Source: Stylophora pistillata (Eukaryota). Taken from it: a stretch of DNA of 64,000 nt. Location: contig NW_019217801.1 in the NCBI RefSeq assembly GCF_002571385.2, positions 472,380 to 536,379 of the forward strand, read 5' to 3'. Both the position numbers and the translations under genes were made by a program. Positions 12,801 to 24,989 of this stretch are shown here, piece after piece. Numbering within the stretch: the stretch's first letter is position 1; the number at the start of each line of letters is the position of its first letter. The notes beneath the pieces were generated by a model. The model ran no database searches. It was given only the letters and a program-made list of their open reading frames with translations, and was not told the DNA's origin.

Positions 12801-15726
12801 TGGTTGAACTGAGAGACAACTCCTACCATCTAATCTTTGTGGGTGCACCTGATGGAAAACAGGAGGCAGTTATGGAAAACTTGCTGCAAAGTGGCATATT
12901 TAGACGACAGCTGACAGTGAGAAAGTTTTTGCAAAGTAAGGAGAAATTGAAAGAGTGTTTTTGTGAAGTTGATCTCTGCATTATGCCATCCCGGACGGAA
13001 GGGTTTGGTTTAACCGCATTGGAAGCCTTGTCGGCTGGTCTTCCCATTCTTGTTAGTGGAAACTCGGGATTGGGAGACGCACTGCGCACTGTACCATCCG
13101 GCAAATCTTTTGTGGTTGATTCTGAGGACCCCAAAGTGTGGGCTGAGGCAATTGCTGGTGTCCGAAAAATAAAGAGATCCCAACGTCTTCATGTAATTGA
13201 ACGACTTAGGGCAGCATATGAAGAGCATTTTAGCTGGGAGAAGCAGTGTGACCTTGTTCTGGATAAGATGTGGCACAAAGTATATGATGCAGGTCTGTTG
13301 ATGATAATTATATTTCGTTTTAAAGAAAGCGTTGTGTTGTTCTATCCTGCATTCATCCTCACATTGATGTGACAACATCTTGTACCAGGAAATAGGTTTC
13401 TGAAACAAAGTCTTATGGATAGTTTGAAATTTTTTAATTTCAAACTATAATAAAGAAACAAAGAAAAAGAAAGCAAAGAAAAAGAAAGAACCCTCTAAAA
13501 AAATTTTGTTATCCATACATTAATAAACCTTTATTTTAAAGCCTGAAAAAGTTAACATTGTAGATAGAATAATAAAGATGGTGGGTTTTTTAGCTCGGTA
13601 AAACTTTGCATATTTCGTATTCTATTTAAAAAACATAATGCTATCGATATTGCCGATCCTAGCAGTATGCTGAACGATTGTCTTATGTGAAATTCGTAAT
13701 GGCCTTGCTCGCCATAGAGTTTCTGTGGCTCTGCGGTAGTGGATCGGAGCGCGGAATCCAAAGGTCTGAGATTCGATTCTTCATAGGGACTCAGAATACT
13801 TTTCTCTGTCCCACGCTTTTGACAAGACGAAAAAACCTTTATCTAAATTCAATATTGTATAATGAGGTCACGTTAAAAGTTATCTGCTCCGGCTGTTCAC
13901 AATGCAATTATTGCTTTCGTTACAAAATAACAATTTTTTTATGATAAAAAAAAAAACAGCATTGTGGGGTGTTAACTGAAAAGTCTAGGCTATTACTTGC
14001 GACTTTTTATTCCAAAACTATTTCTCATTTTCGAATCAGAAGGTAGAGTTTGTTTATTTTATTTAACATGGTTATTGGCCTGAATAAGAACTCCCTGCTG
14101 TATTTTTCAATATTAAAGTATTCCCTCGTAGCTGAAAGAAGAACCCTGTCCCTCTCATTGAAAATTTTAGATCAACTTGTGTCCTCATTAAATATTTGTA
14201 CATACATGATCCTGTTGATAAAGAAAGATCTCGTTCATTTGATGGTAGCGCCCTCCATACAAAGTAAATCCGAGTACCTGATTGAATAACTGTCCCTCGC
14301 AGCCCTTATTTGGACGAATAGTAAACCACTGGCAGTTTAGTCGGGGCCACTAAGCCAGATCTTAAAAAGGTTTCACACAGCTTGTTGTACCCATATCGAA
14401 AGAGGTCCTAGTGGGTAAAAAAGATATTTATGAAAACTTAAACTTCGGTGTCAGATGTGATGGATTTTTTTCTCTGTCATAATTGAAACCTTCTCTTCCA
14501 ACTAGAGTTTATGATTCAAAGAAAAACACCTAATACGACTTTTCTTCAAGGGCTGCTTGAGCGAATCATCAAGAATCTTCAGAGGATGCAAATCTGCACA
14601 AGCAAGGTCGACAGCAACACTAACTTGACAGAAGAGTTAACAACGATTGTATCAGATAAGGGATTCAGAATTTCTGACAATCAAGGGTCAGGAAACTGCA
14701 TGTTCCATGCCTTGTCAGAACAGCTAGAAACCGTCAACGGAATCAAAACCCAACATGGCCAGTTGAGACGATCTTTAGTTCAGTACCTCAAGGAAAACCC
14801 AAAACTGGTGAGTTACTTTAAGCTACATGGGTAAAGAGAACTTGGGGTTGATCATCAGTTTTTGCTGCTGTGTTTATTTCTCTATCCGTAACGTGAACTG
14901 TTACTCCTCGCTGGGACACTAGTCCTTTTCACACAGATATCTGCAAGCATGTTTTCAGGTTGGCCTGACAATTTTCCCTGTGTTTACTTGTCTACTCACT
15001 CGTGGAGAGAGGCACTTTGACAGTGAAGTGTCTTCTCCAAGAGGTCGATAAGACAGTCACCCTATATAGGATTGTGTGGAGAGCTCTTACCGTGGATTTC
15101 AATGTCGTAAGCAAGAGGAAACGTAGTCTCTCTCCATGCATACTCTCATGTATTCAGAAGGACTCTCTTGCAAAATGTTGTTCTTAGTTATGTTAGTCGC
15201 ACGCTTAGAGAAATATGCCTGTTAGAATCAATGTGTTACCGTCAGTTTAGCTCGGCTCTAAATGAGGCGAACTTGTTTAAAGACCCACCTACCGGTCTAG
15301 ACGATATCTTTAAGCGACTATGTCTTCCTTTCTTCATTTAGGACTTGGTTAACATTTTACTCCCGGTGAAGAGGGTGCCTTTTTGTGACGATATCTTTGA
15401 ATTGTACTTGGCTCTTTCCAAATGCTTTTTGGTGTTTAAGTATTTATTGCTGTTTCTTCTTATAGCCGGATGGAACAGACCTGTCTCACTTTGTCCATGG
15501 ACATAAAACGTGGGCTGATTACCTGGCATATGTTGAACAAGATGGCGCTTGGGGTGACCACCTCATTCTCTGTGCAGCAGCAAATTTCTTTAAAACGTGC
15601 ATTCATGTGGTCAGCAGTCTTCACAATGATGTAGTCGTCAGGCCACATTGTCCTGTCGACGAAAGCAAGCCACTAGTACTGGGACATATTCATGAGGTAC
15701 ACTATGTCAGTCTTCAACCCATATAA
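314..15726 (+). CDS. Copy A: multi-exon Rab5-like-LRR-Roc-COR-GT4-OTU protein (5' exon outside window). Exons 314-400, 522-802, 1681-1780, 3566-4042, 5726-6174, 6301-6426, 7080-7830, 8065-8176, 8714-8963, 10692-11480, 12059-13292, 14551-14807, 15466-15726(TAA)
   Basis: Every exon is AG/GT bounded and phases chain without a frameshift (1,1,0,1,1,0,0,1,2,0,0,1,0). Splice sites are homologous to copy B. Confidence 0.8.
1940..2062 (+). mobile_element. Degenerate Gypsy-type LTR retrotransposon RT fragment in an intron
   Basis: Translates YGIALSSALAQHTGDVILQDLDNVESIHNDILVTGRDD, matching the PYGIASSPA.FQ...ILQG...DDILVTG consensus with a decayed YxDD. Confidence 0.6.
2293..2325. mobile_element. 33-bp micro-MITE / transposon footprint
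   Basis: 15-bp perfect inverted repeat CATAGTTAATAGAGG-gga-CCTCTATTAACTATG flanked by direct repeat GTCACAT. Confidence 0.6.
3566..4042 (+). CDS. Copy A leucine-rich repeat exon
   Basis: LxxLxLxxN repeats (VLNLSHNNF, LYVNDNRL, ELDLRNNQL, LFVEGNP). Acceptor at 3565 is in frame with the Rab exon donor at 1781. Confidence 0.9.
4716..4760. repeat. (ATT)n microsatellite
   Basis: Direct observation. Confidence 0.9.
5345..5682 (+). mobile_element. Short deletion derivative of the Crypton-like element at 9188-10630
   Basis: Shares the 5' end (ataaaatctcg..tctgattggttaacgaagc..aaacgaggctaagtga) and the 3' hairpin ending ttttcctata. Confidence 0.65.
5726..7830 (+). CDS. Copy A Roc GTPase domain split by a charged low-complexity insert (exons 5726-6174, 6301-6426, 7080-7830)
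   Basis: P-loop GQDRAGKTS, switch I STDGIEI, G3 WDFAGQHLYYAAHPVF, G4 VGTHAD. Confidence 0.9.
6462..6881. mobile_element. MITE with imperfect TIRs inserted at TA
   Basis: TATAGG..TTGTTTACA..CTCATT.GCAT at the left end versus its reverse complement at the right end; interrupts the duplicated intron segment. Confidence 0.6.
8065..11480 (+). CDS. Copy A COR domain exons (8065-8176, 8714-8963, 10692-11480) ending in a Cys/His-rich segment
   Basis: PYMGEKIPVRWFNFE, MLNFYHDLGIIV, QWLI, LMEQFGLI, YFVPCQL, VPHGLFTRLV typical of COR following Roc; CVECPYC..C..H..C tail. Confidence 0.85.
8222..8425 (+). mobile_element. Penelope-like terminal repeat fragment with decayed hammerhead core
   Basis: gcgaagggctaatactcgaaacttcagct..ggccaatttaca..tatcaactcagttgataaaac..ccaccgacgcagcaccac; related fragment inverted near 54425-54462. 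Confidence 0.5.
9188..10630 (+). mobile_element. Non-autonomous Crypton-like (tyrosine recombinase / DUF3504) element, specific to copy A
   Basis: 9544-9640 translates KISELTGHANPGSISICSHNLLEKQQRMSSKL (YR box II TGH..Y with Tyr>Cys); C-terminal LFTNVSFNNSPVNISINF; ~70-bp-arm hairpin at 10481-10627. Confidence 0.65.
12059..13292 (+). CDS. Copy A GT-B fold, GT4-like glycosyltransferase exon (intact)
   Basis: EWNSSMGGLST, VHT, FGRGD..LKGYD, MPSRTEGFGLTALEALSAGLP (Ex7E motif), FSWE. Confidence 0.9.
13640..13845 (+). mobile_element. tRNA-derived SINE-like repeat shared by both paralogs (copy B at ~35425-35625)
   Basis: gtggctctgcggtag..cggagcgcggaatccaaaggtctgagattcgattc A/B-box-like motifs at orthologous intron positions. 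Confidence 0.6.
14551..15726 (+). CDS. Copy A OTU-like cysteine protease / deubiquitinase (exons 14551-14807, 15466-15726)
   Basis: GSGNCMFHALSEQL (catalytic Cys), WGDHL, HYVSL (catalytic His). TAA at 15724-15726 lies 1 nt before a GTAAG donor. Confidence 0.85.
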
Positions 15727-16299
15727 GGTAAGAATGGAGAAGTACAGTACACCTACTGTTCAATATGAAAATGATGACAAAAACTGAAGTTGTTACACTC
15801 GGACTTTGAACTATTCTCGAATCTTTGCGAGTACTCAGATTTAACAGAGGGAATGAAGTAAGCTTTCCACTTCCTTACTTGCTCGACACAGCAGCGTCTT
15901 CAGGGACTTAAAATGCACTTTTGCCATCGTTTTATAAGTCGCACAGAATCATAAATTAAACTTAAAACTATATTCTTTCTCCATTTACTTTCTGTTTAAT
16001 GTTAGCCCTGAATGAAGAGTATCTTGGCTTGGAATTTAACTGGTAGCATGCAGTGTTACTTGGAACTGATCATTTCTTGTTTGTAGTGAAAAGATGGCAA
16101 CCGAAGACAACGTCTGAAAAGCAAATTTAACATTCATTTATCCAGTTTTTAGCTATACTAAGATAAGCTATTTGTATTTGAACAAGAGTCACTCGCTGAG
16201 AGAACTTTGCAAAGCAGTCAGAAGTGTTCACGAATCACACCTGCTGAGTATGAAGTCGGTGAGACCTCATGTACGCCTTACCCGTTGTGACTCGTGCTA

Positions 16300-16655
16300 T
16301 ATGAATATGAATATAGTTTATATCTGATCACTTGCAGCCCAGAGGCTGAATTACGGGTGCAGTGTAAGGTTGAGAACAGACGTCAGCATATCAGGCGCCA
16401 CTGGCAGCCCCTTCAGTCTATCGATCTCACCTCCTCACCCATCCCACCCCAGGGGAGGACATCCATCACACAGTAATCCATTTATTCGTCCCTATCCGAG
16501 AAGACTAGAATATCTAACCATTTCTTGATGTTATAGAAAGGTAGCAAATTCTTCTCAATTATTTTAAGACCTTGAGTGTTGGTCCGGCCGGGGCTCGAAC
16601 CCTCGACCTCCCGCACAACAGTCCAGCGCTCTATCCATTGAGCTAACCGAGAGGC
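16300..16655 (-). mobile_element. tRNA-derived SINE, specific to copy A
   Basis: Minus strand GGTTAGCTCAATGG (A box) .. GGTTCGAGCCC (B box), then a body also seen at 23245-23517 and 46310-46527; absent at the homologous copy B site (~37810). Confidence 0.8.
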
Positions 16656-17437
16656 CTTGCCTCTCATATGATGGGCTGACTTCTTGTCGATCCTTGTCTT
16701 TGCTCCCATTGTTTTTCTCGAGGTTCTCTTTTACTTCCATAATTTTAACTTTCCCAATTCCAACCCCTATGCGGAAAACCATTTTTTTGGATATGAAACT
16801 GTGAAACTCTTGCTTGTTTTCTAATTGCGGTGTTTTTCGTTGCGTTTACAGGCTAAAGTTACACAAACCGACATGGCTTCAAATCGGCAAGACTTCCACA
16901 AAGAATCAGAAGGCAGCCATTAAATACTGGTGTTAATTTGGAGATATTTTCTTTCATATAACCATGTGCTCGACAAAAAATATCAGCTGCAGATGAAACA
17001 TAACTTTTTAGAGGTCGTCGGTTGTTCGGTTTGGATGAGCTTTGTCAATGATACTGCTGCTATCGATTTTTGGTGGTTTCATCAGTATTTTGATTTGAAA
17101 GAGATAATTTATTTTTAGAAATTGCTATCAATACTCGGCTGAATATTTGGAGTTAATTAATTTTTAGGAAACTTTTGCGTCTAAATACCTTATGATAACG
17201 AGTAGTCCTTATTTACCCCTCCCCCACAAGGAAGACTCTGGCAGCAGCTGCTCTCTATATTCATTCAACAAATGGATGGTCACAGTAACGGATTTTTCTC
17301 ACCCAATCGTGTTTTCATGTACATAAAGGTTTTAGCCTGATTACTTGGGATATAGCTTTTACAACCACATCGATCGAACGTTTAGACGGAGAAAAATGAT
17401 CCTCGGGAAAATGCGTTGAATGGAATTGTTGTATTCG

Positions 17438-17597
17438 TGCATAATGTATACTATGTAAGTTCCTTTATTAGAAAATAATTTAGCTAGGAAACTTTAGGTA
17501 GATGACTTTTTGGTAGGTGCATAATGCATACTATGTAAGTTCCTTTATTAGAAAATGAATTAGCAAGGAAATTTTTGGTAGATGGCCCTTTGCTAGG
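17438..17597. repeat. Tandem duplication of an ~80-bp unit (single in copy B)
   Basis: gtgcataat..tactatgtaagttcctttattagaaaat..ggtagatg occurs twice. Confidence 0.85.
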
Positions 17598-18454
17598 GAA
17601 AACCAAAATTAGGGTAGGTTTCGTGTTGCAATGAAAACGTTGATTTTTAAATCTCCTAAAGAAATATATAGACCGTCTTTATATTTTAGTGAGAACTGCA
17701 TCATGAAACTCACTACAGCTAACCAATAACTTAACTGTGAAATTTTTAAAAAGACTTGTTAAAGGGAAATTCGTGTCCAACTTCTAAAAGACAAGTTTTT
17801 TGTCTTTGCATTAAATCACTGCGGCCCAGTCTGTGTCATTTTTTACGCTTCCAAATATTGTTCCATGAGAGAAACGACACATCGCTTAAGATATCTCTGT
17901 AAATTGCTACAATTTGTTATTAAGTTTTTAATTCTACGACTATTAATTTATTACTTTAAGAGGACGCCTCGACAAAAATGTGTATCCAATTGTATCCAAT
18001 TAGAATTTCAGAAATTATAGTCTACGGTAATGTAAGACCTTCACTCTCTGAACGTAAACACTTTTGCAAATTTACTATTTTACCTTTAATCTAGAAGTTC
18101 AATATTAGCATGTAATCGGTTGATGAGCTGCAACTTCTGAAGTTTTCTCGCCTTGGCGGGTAAGGTTGCCTTGTCAGGCTGGACATTTTTTGTTAATCAC
18201 AAAACACTTCGGTTTCCCACCTGAGATGAGATTGCTAATCCTTTCCTTCGGTGATTAATTGTGACCAGCTTCACTTGGCAGAGAGAGACTGAGTGCCTGA
18301 GTGGACAGCCGTTGGCACAACTCCATTTCAACGCTCCGTAGAGCTGTTTCGAGAGGCAGGGTCCCGATTCTGTATAACTAGATCCTTAATGCTGCTTCTC
18401 GCCTTTGCTTTGAGGATACTTTCTAAGTCCTTGGGTTTTCCTCCCTCTGTTTGG

Positions 18455-19115
18455 ATAGTTAGATAGTTTAGATAGTTTATTTACTTGAAAGACATTGCAA
18501 CCAAAGGTTGAATTACGTATTCATTTGCAAATTTAAGAAATATATAAGAAATGGTAACATACTTTTAAAATATTAAAATTAGGTAACATGGATAGAGTCA
18601 GCTCATACAAAGCGTGCGTAAATTATGAAAGATAAAACTATCGCGGTACCTGTTCGTACGGACCACAGGTAAATTAAAAGCGCGCTTTTTCCTTAAGTCC
18701 ACCCTAGATACATTCCTGGGCGGCAGGAACTTATGCAGCTTGTGACCTGGTACAAGAACGTTAGAAAAGAGCTTGTTGGAAATATTCTCGCGCCGCTCAT
18801 GCAGGGAGATAAGCCCAGTGCACGCTAGCGCCTCGTCATATTCTTTATCAGGGAAAATTATACGTAATGCGCGCTTCTGGCATCTTTCTAAAACAACTGA
18901 TAGATATTGAGGTAGGCTGCTGTGAAAGAGAGCGCATGCGTATTCTATAACAGATCTAATACATGTAAGATAGAATAAAACGAGCTCCTTAGACTTAACC
19001 TGGGCGCGCTTTAAATGGCGTAGGAAGTAAAGCCGCTTGTTGACTTTCTTTACTGTCTCATCTACATGTGTGTTCCATTTAAGATCGACGGAGAAGGTGA
19101 CACCTAACATCTTAG
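18455..19115 (-). mobile_element. 5'-truncated non-LTR retrotransposon (CR1/L2-like) RT C-terminus with short tandem tail
   Basis: ORF 18598-19110 LGVTFS.DLKWNTHV..KRLYFLR.LKR..YLTCIRSVIEYAC..LERCQKRALRII; AATAAA plus (AACTATCTA)n tail. Confidence 0.9.
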
Positions 19116-19203
19116 CCTCTGCAAGAATAATTATCCAGCCTCTTCTATCGATTGAAAGGGGTCATTTTCTCATGCTCGTGTACACAGAAAATAGGTCTTA
19201 TGC

Positions 19204-19529
19204 CAGGAGCCCATTACCCGGAGCTTCCATCTTTCATACTGACCCTCTGAGCCAACCCTGTCCCGTATCTTTCTATTTTTAGAAGCATCTCCCACGGCGG
19301 TTTCCGCGGGTGTTTTTATAATAGCCAATCATAAGAGAGCTGTCGTCTCTATTGTGTTACGTCTCTGTTGTGTCACATGCAGGTCGCACGAGATTATTTC
19401 AATAATGGCGGAAAGCGCGGAAAGATTAAAGAATCCCCGCAGATATCTCAGTTCTAAAAATAAAAAGATACGGGACAGGGTTGACTCAAGGGTACAACTG
19501 AGATGGAAGCTCCGGGTGATGGGCTCCTG
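19204..19529. mobile_element. MITE with ~80-bp terminal inverted repeats
   Basis: caggagcccattacccggagcttccatct..accctgtcccgtatcttt versus aaagatacgggacagggt..agatggaagctccgggtgatgggctcctg. Confidence 0.75.
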
Positions 19530-19974
19530 CTTATACCCCCTTTCTTCAATTACGTCGGTCAGCTTTCCAACCTGTTCATCTTCTTCGTAAGAACAAATTA
19601 AGTTGACGATTGACGCAGAAAAAAGAAACAAAGAGGGAAAAAAAAGAGTAGGGTTAGGAAAATAGTAAAACAAAAAAACAAGGAAAAGCAAACTAGCGCT
19701 TAAACTGAGGTAATTTTTATTTGTTTATTCAACATTAGAAAGCTGAAGGTCCACTCGAACAGGTTCAAAATTGTCGTAAACGAGGTATAGTGTGATAAAT
19801 CTTGAGATCTATATTCATGATTGTGAGTCCTAAATATTGGATAAATTGTCCTTTTCGATCTGTCAGTCAATTCGTCTTGGAATAGTCTTTGATTGTCCTT
19901 ATGATCTCGTTTGTAGCAACTTCGCGTGACCACTATTAACTCAAAGTCACGCATAGGTCCAACTGGCTGGGGCT

Positions 19975-20149
19975 CGTTCATTGGTTAGTTCATTGGGTAG
20001 GAGTAAACGCTGAGCTGCCAGGCAATGCAAATTGGGCGGAAGTGTTACTCAACTTATTATCTGCTGTTTACGCGAATTTTTAGGCCGTTTTTGTCAAAGT
20101 TTGGTCATGATCTCTCGCTCCTGTACAGTTTGTAGTTTCTCCTGCTGAG
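19975..20149 (+). promoter_or_regulatory. Possible promoter and first non-coding exon of copy B
   Basis: ATTGG boxes, GGGCGGAAGT (GC/ETS-like) and a strong donor GAG|GTAAG at 20150. No transcript evidence. Confidence 0.25.
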
Positions 20150-20181
20150 GTAAGATGTATTTAATGAATACTAAGCTTAAT

Positions 20182-20409
20182 ACGTATGATGCACGATCCT
20201 CGCAGTAGAGAGCTCTATTTATGCAATAGCGAAAATCAGACCTGAAAAAAATCAGGCCTGTACGGGATTCGAACCACTGACCTCTGCGATACTAGTACAG
20301 CGCTCTACCAATTGAGCTAACAAGCCATCTGGGAGCAGGCCGTTAAGTTGATTCGTAATAAACCCGTGATGATAAATCTGATAAATATGAACTTCATATA
20401 TACATTGTA
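20182..20409 (-). mobile_element. tRNA-derived SINE with 12-bp target-site duplication
   Basis: Minus strand TTAGCTCAATTGGTAGAGCG..GGTTCGAATCCC; TSD ACTAAGCTTAAT at 20170-20181 and 20410-20421. Confidence 0.8.
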
Positions 20410-21553
20410 ACTAAGCTTAATGTAAGGTAGAACTGCAAAGTAATTATTGCAATCGATGTAAGGAATTTGGGCTTAACTGCAGAATATCCCGTCACTCCAA
20501 GTAAATTCCACGCAGCCGACCACGCGGTATCCAGAAATTAATTTATTTGAATAAGAATATGATTAATTTCATGGACAAATGAATTCAAAATGGCGCAGCA
20601 CTCTTTTGTGCTGGTTACGCGGTGCGCTGTACGCCGTAATAACGAAGACACATTATGGTGCATTCTTCGTTTTTTGGTACGCGGTACTCGGTGATAAATA
20701 ATCTAAGCCAGGGGATTGTACATTCCTCTTTCTTTGAGATCGATAGCCTTGGGTAAAAGCCTATAAGTAATTCCACCTTCAAGACGCTGACATTTATCTG
20801 TGCGCGCTGATGAATAAATAATTTAAGACAGATTATCGTGTATTCCTCGCTCTTTAATTAAGCGTAAGTAATTCCACAGTCGAAACACTCACATTTTTAC
20901 ACTTCATTCCATGAACGCGATATTCCTCGCATTAAAAACGTGCAAACCTCAACAATATTTCCCGTTCTAAAATCGTGGAACCCAAATATTTGGCCAGGTT
21001 GTCTAAACCTTGTTCTATGTAGACACGTGCAATTGATAAACACAAAATTTTTCTGAGTGGCGAGTGGCACATGAAATTTCAAGCAACGAGCGATTTAGTC
21101 AGTACTCAAGTCTTCACAAGTTAGATGCGCACGGAGAATGCACTGAAGCACAATTGAAACTTGTGAGCGATATTCAAAGTTGTCAGAGTGTTTATTTGTT
21201 TGATTTTGAGTTGCTTTTATGTTCTGTTAATTCAGTTAATTTACAGAAAGTTGAAATTTATTGGCTGAAATTTTCTCTTAATAGTAGCATGCTGATTTCC
21301 TTAATACTTTGTTTTTTTCAACCAAGGTACCAAGTCACAACAGTCAGCTGATAATTATTTTAGTAAGATTTCTGCGCAGTGGCATACTTCATTATGCATA
21401 CAGTTCTTGGATAAAGAAAACAATCAAAAAATTGGAACTGCGGCTTTGTTTTGGGGTTTTATGGAAAATTTTCCAATCTTTATTTTATGATTTAGACAAC
21501 TCTTCAAAATGTCTCTTATTTCAATCAATCTTTCGTCACTTAATTAGGTCTTC

Positions 21554-21765
21554 TTAACCCTGTAACTCCCTTGATCTGATGGTTAATTCTCCCCTCTAGC
21601 TGCTACACATTTCTTTGTAAATTAGTTACAAGGATGTGGTGTTTGATCAAGAGTACTACCTTTTGTGATGAGTTTCAGTTTTCTCATGACTAGTTTGCTA
21701 AATAATGTAACGATATAGTGTGGAGAAATTACATGTTAACTAATCACTTCTGGGAGTTAAAGGGT
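21554..21765. mobile_element. MITE
   Basis: TIR-like ends ttaaccctgtaactccc ... gggagttaaaggg. Confidence 0.6.
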
Positions 21766-22940
21766 CTGTAGCAGACAAGCAGACTACAATGAGCAGATCA
21801 GACCCATTCTTTCTTCTGTTTATGTGGGAATTTCAGATTTTTGGAGGTGAACAAAGTGTGATCTTTCATGTTTCATTGCAGTAATTTGGCTCATCATGAT
21901 CAGTTTCAGACTGCATGGGTGGCAACTAGATCATAGTAGCCTGGGTTAAGCTTACCTTCTGATGTGAAAATATTAAGAGTCTTGCAAAGGAGAGTTTAGA
22001 TCTTAGAAACTGAGCTAGTGAGTCCTCTGGACTTCTATGATTGGCCCAATAGAGTGTTTGATTAATCTCTGAGCAACTCTTAATGCAGTTCTGAGGGCTT
22101 ATAAAGAGAAATGCATGATTTTGTTGTTATGACAACTACTAGTTCAAATCAAAACAAAAGGGAAACTGAAGAACTTTTGGGACAATGAATAATTTAAAAT
22201 TCTCAGAGTTAAAGTGCTGAACACTCTTCCTTCATTATTTAAGCTCTTTAGACTTGATAAATGCCAGTAAAATTTTAAATCAAAGAAGGAAAAGTACTGA
22301 CAAAAACAAATAAATCAAGCATTGAAAATGATTGCAAACAGACAGAGCATGTAGCCACCTGAAAGTATATAATAGCCATGCATGTAGTGCAGCTGATTTG
22401 ACTGGCTGGTTGATCGAAGTGTCCACTACTTGGTTATTTCTTTGTTATCCATACCTGCACATATAAATTTGATCATTTGTTAACAACTACTTTGGACTTT
22501 AGTAGTTGCTTGCCTCTCCAAAAACCTTAAATTAACTCAATCCTCTGCAGAATAAAATAAATTAATAATCTAAGTTTTTACCCTAAACTGTGCGCATGAT
22601 AGCTTGACGCAGAGAATTATCTTCATGAACATTATGAATTTTAATGGACATTTTCACTAAGACTTTTGCTAAATAGCATTAAAACCAGTTTTTTTAATTA
22701 TTAACCTGTGTGCATGTTATGTTTATGGTAGTCACATAATCTGAGTTTGGCATTCAGTTCTCCTTTCTTTGTTACTTTGTGTGCAGAAGTCTTATGGAGG
22801 CGTTTTTAATGGAATTATTATATTAGCCATTGGGGAGATCATGTTCTCATCTGTGGGGAAAAAGGATGTCCTATGAAGATAAAACAATTTATGAAACTGG
22901 ATCATTGGATAATGCAATTCACTGGTATATACCATTATGT

Positions 22941-22976
<36 letters not shown>

Positions 22977-23244
22977 AAGCATACGTGTTAGCTTAAAATA
23001 AAAGAGGGAGCTAAAAAATTTAATAATTAAAAATTTAAAAATTTGATTTAACATCAATAATAATAATAATAATAATTTAATATTTATATTGCACAAATTA
23101 ACATGACTTGTGGATATGATCAAATGCGCATCACAACACTTTTCGGGGGACTTTGGTTGGACTGCATCAGGAGTTTGCAAACAATCGAAGGAAACTTATT
23201 TGAAGATGCCCCCTCCCCCCCAATTCCCAGTAAACAGGCCAGAC

Positions 23245-23517
23245 CACATCACAGTAATCTCGTGAGTAGGTTCTTTAATGTCACCTGCCTAACCAAATTA
23301 ACTAATTAATCGATGCAGGAGACAGGACCTACGGTTTATTCATCCTTATCCGAGAAGACTAGAATGTCTATCCATTTCTTGATATTATAGAAAGGTAGTG
23401 CATTCTCCTCAGTTATTTTAAGACCTTCAGTGTTGGTCCTGCTGGGGCTTGAACCATCGACCTCGACCTCCCGCACAACAGTCCAGCGCTCTAACCAATT
23501 GAGCTAACTGGGAGGCG
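23245..23517 (-). mobile_element. tRNA-derived SINE (family of 16300-16655)
   Basis: tccttatccgagaagactagaat..tgttggtcc..gggcttgaacc..acctcccgcacaacagtccagcgctct..gagctaac. Confidence 0.8.
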
Positions 23518-23677
23518 GTTTTTAATAAAACAATCAGCCACATTTAAGATAGTATGTAAACAAGGTTGTGACATTACACTTTCTGTGTTTTCTAGAAATA
23601 TTTCATAAAGTAAAATAGAACATTTATTGTGTTCATCTTAAACTCAGGGAGTGGGGGGAATTTGGCTGTTTTTAATA

Positions 23678-23737
23678 AAACAATTATTCCACTTGTGCTT
23701 GTTGGTTATGAGATGATTATAGTCAACTCGGCGCTAT

Positions 23738-23771
<34 letters not shown>

Positions 23772-23797
23772 TGTGTGCTCATGGAATAATTGTTAAA
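23678..23797. mobile_element. Palindromic MITE; partial inverted copy at 24855-24918
   Basis: aacaattattcca..ttggttatgagatga..|..tcatctcatatccaa..tggaataattgtt. Confidence 0.7.
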
Positions 23798-24881
23798 TGC
23801 AAAACCATATTCCCACTTAATTACATCGAGTTCCACCTTATTTGATGGTTTAACATATAGGTGGTATAACAATATATATTCTGAGTCCCAAAGGGGCAAG
23901 GAAATTATGAGCAAAAGTTGGAATCGTTTAGTATGGCCATTTTGGTGCTCTGTATTTTTGTAGTGTGTAAAATATGACTAAATGTAGGGGATCAGTTAAC
24001 AAACAACATTCCCTTCCTATAGGTAGAAGTATTGTAAAAAAGGGATATAATCAATCAAGTAATGCACATTAATTTACTTTCTGGAAAGTAATTATGTGGG
24101 GTGGAAAGGAGCCTGCTCTCTTTAAAATTAACTTTTGGGAAGGCTTTGGGTAATTAAGCATCTTTTACAAACTTTTTTGTTATTTACTCGCTTTGAGGGG
24201 GTAATGGAGGAATTCTGGAAAGGTAGTGCAAACCAGATCAGATGCAGTCAAGGTTTTTCATAACATTCAAGAATTCTCCCAACTCTCCGAGTTTAAGATG
24301 AACACAGAAAATGTTCTATTTTGCTTCATAAAATATTTCTAGAAAACACAGAAAGTGTAATGTCACATTACCTTGTTTACTTACTATCTTAAATGTTCTC
24401 TAAATTGGAAAATAATCTTTGGGAAAATGAGCCACTAGGCTTGTAGTCTAGGCTTGTAGTCATAACTGACTTGAAAAGGAACTGTTTTTAAATAAGAGTG
24501 GGTGGAATGGAGGTGTCTTATCAAGTTTACTGTGACTGTTTGATAGAGTGATTTTAAGTGTAATTTAATAAATGGAATTTTTTCATTGTGCTGTTCCTTT
24601 ACTGGTCAAAATTATCTCAAATGTTTTTTTTTTTTTTTTAATTTGCAGATGCTTTTTTTTCAGAAACTCTTCTGTACTCCTTTGATTTAAGAAAAAGATA
24701 CAAATCAAACTAGTTTGATAAATTCAACTATGACACATTACATTACCACTCGTGGTAATTACATTACTTACCGGTGACAATCTACATGTCTGCTTACCTC
24801 AGATCACCAGAATTGTTTGGTATATACCAGGGAGAAGGTGGATTCATAAAGGTTATTTAACAATTATTCCATGAGTGCGCA

Positions 24882-24912
<31 letters not shown>

Positions 24913-24937
24913 TGCGTATGTTACAATGTACAGATAT

Positions 24938-24989
<52 letters not shown>

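Noticed and set aside
12823-13134. Antisense ORF identical to 34547-34858
   Set aside because: Consequence of near-identical GT exon DNA, not an independent gene.
12041-13372. Stand-alone bacterial glycosyltransferase (contamination or recent HGT)
   Set aside because: Bounded by in-phase splice sites conserved in both paralogs and embedded in a eukaryotic gene.
16575-16655. tRNA gene calls here and at 20255-20330, 23430-23517, 13725-13795
   Set aside because: tRNA-like heads continue into shared repeat bodies, one with a TSD, so they are SINEs.
16852-16936. Alternative frame of the last exon ending ..IKYWC* in both copies, suggesting a Rab-like prenylated tail
   Set aside because: A/B substitutions are mostly synonymous in the other frame (AKVTQT..), and a lone terminal Cys is not a canonical Rab prenylation motif.
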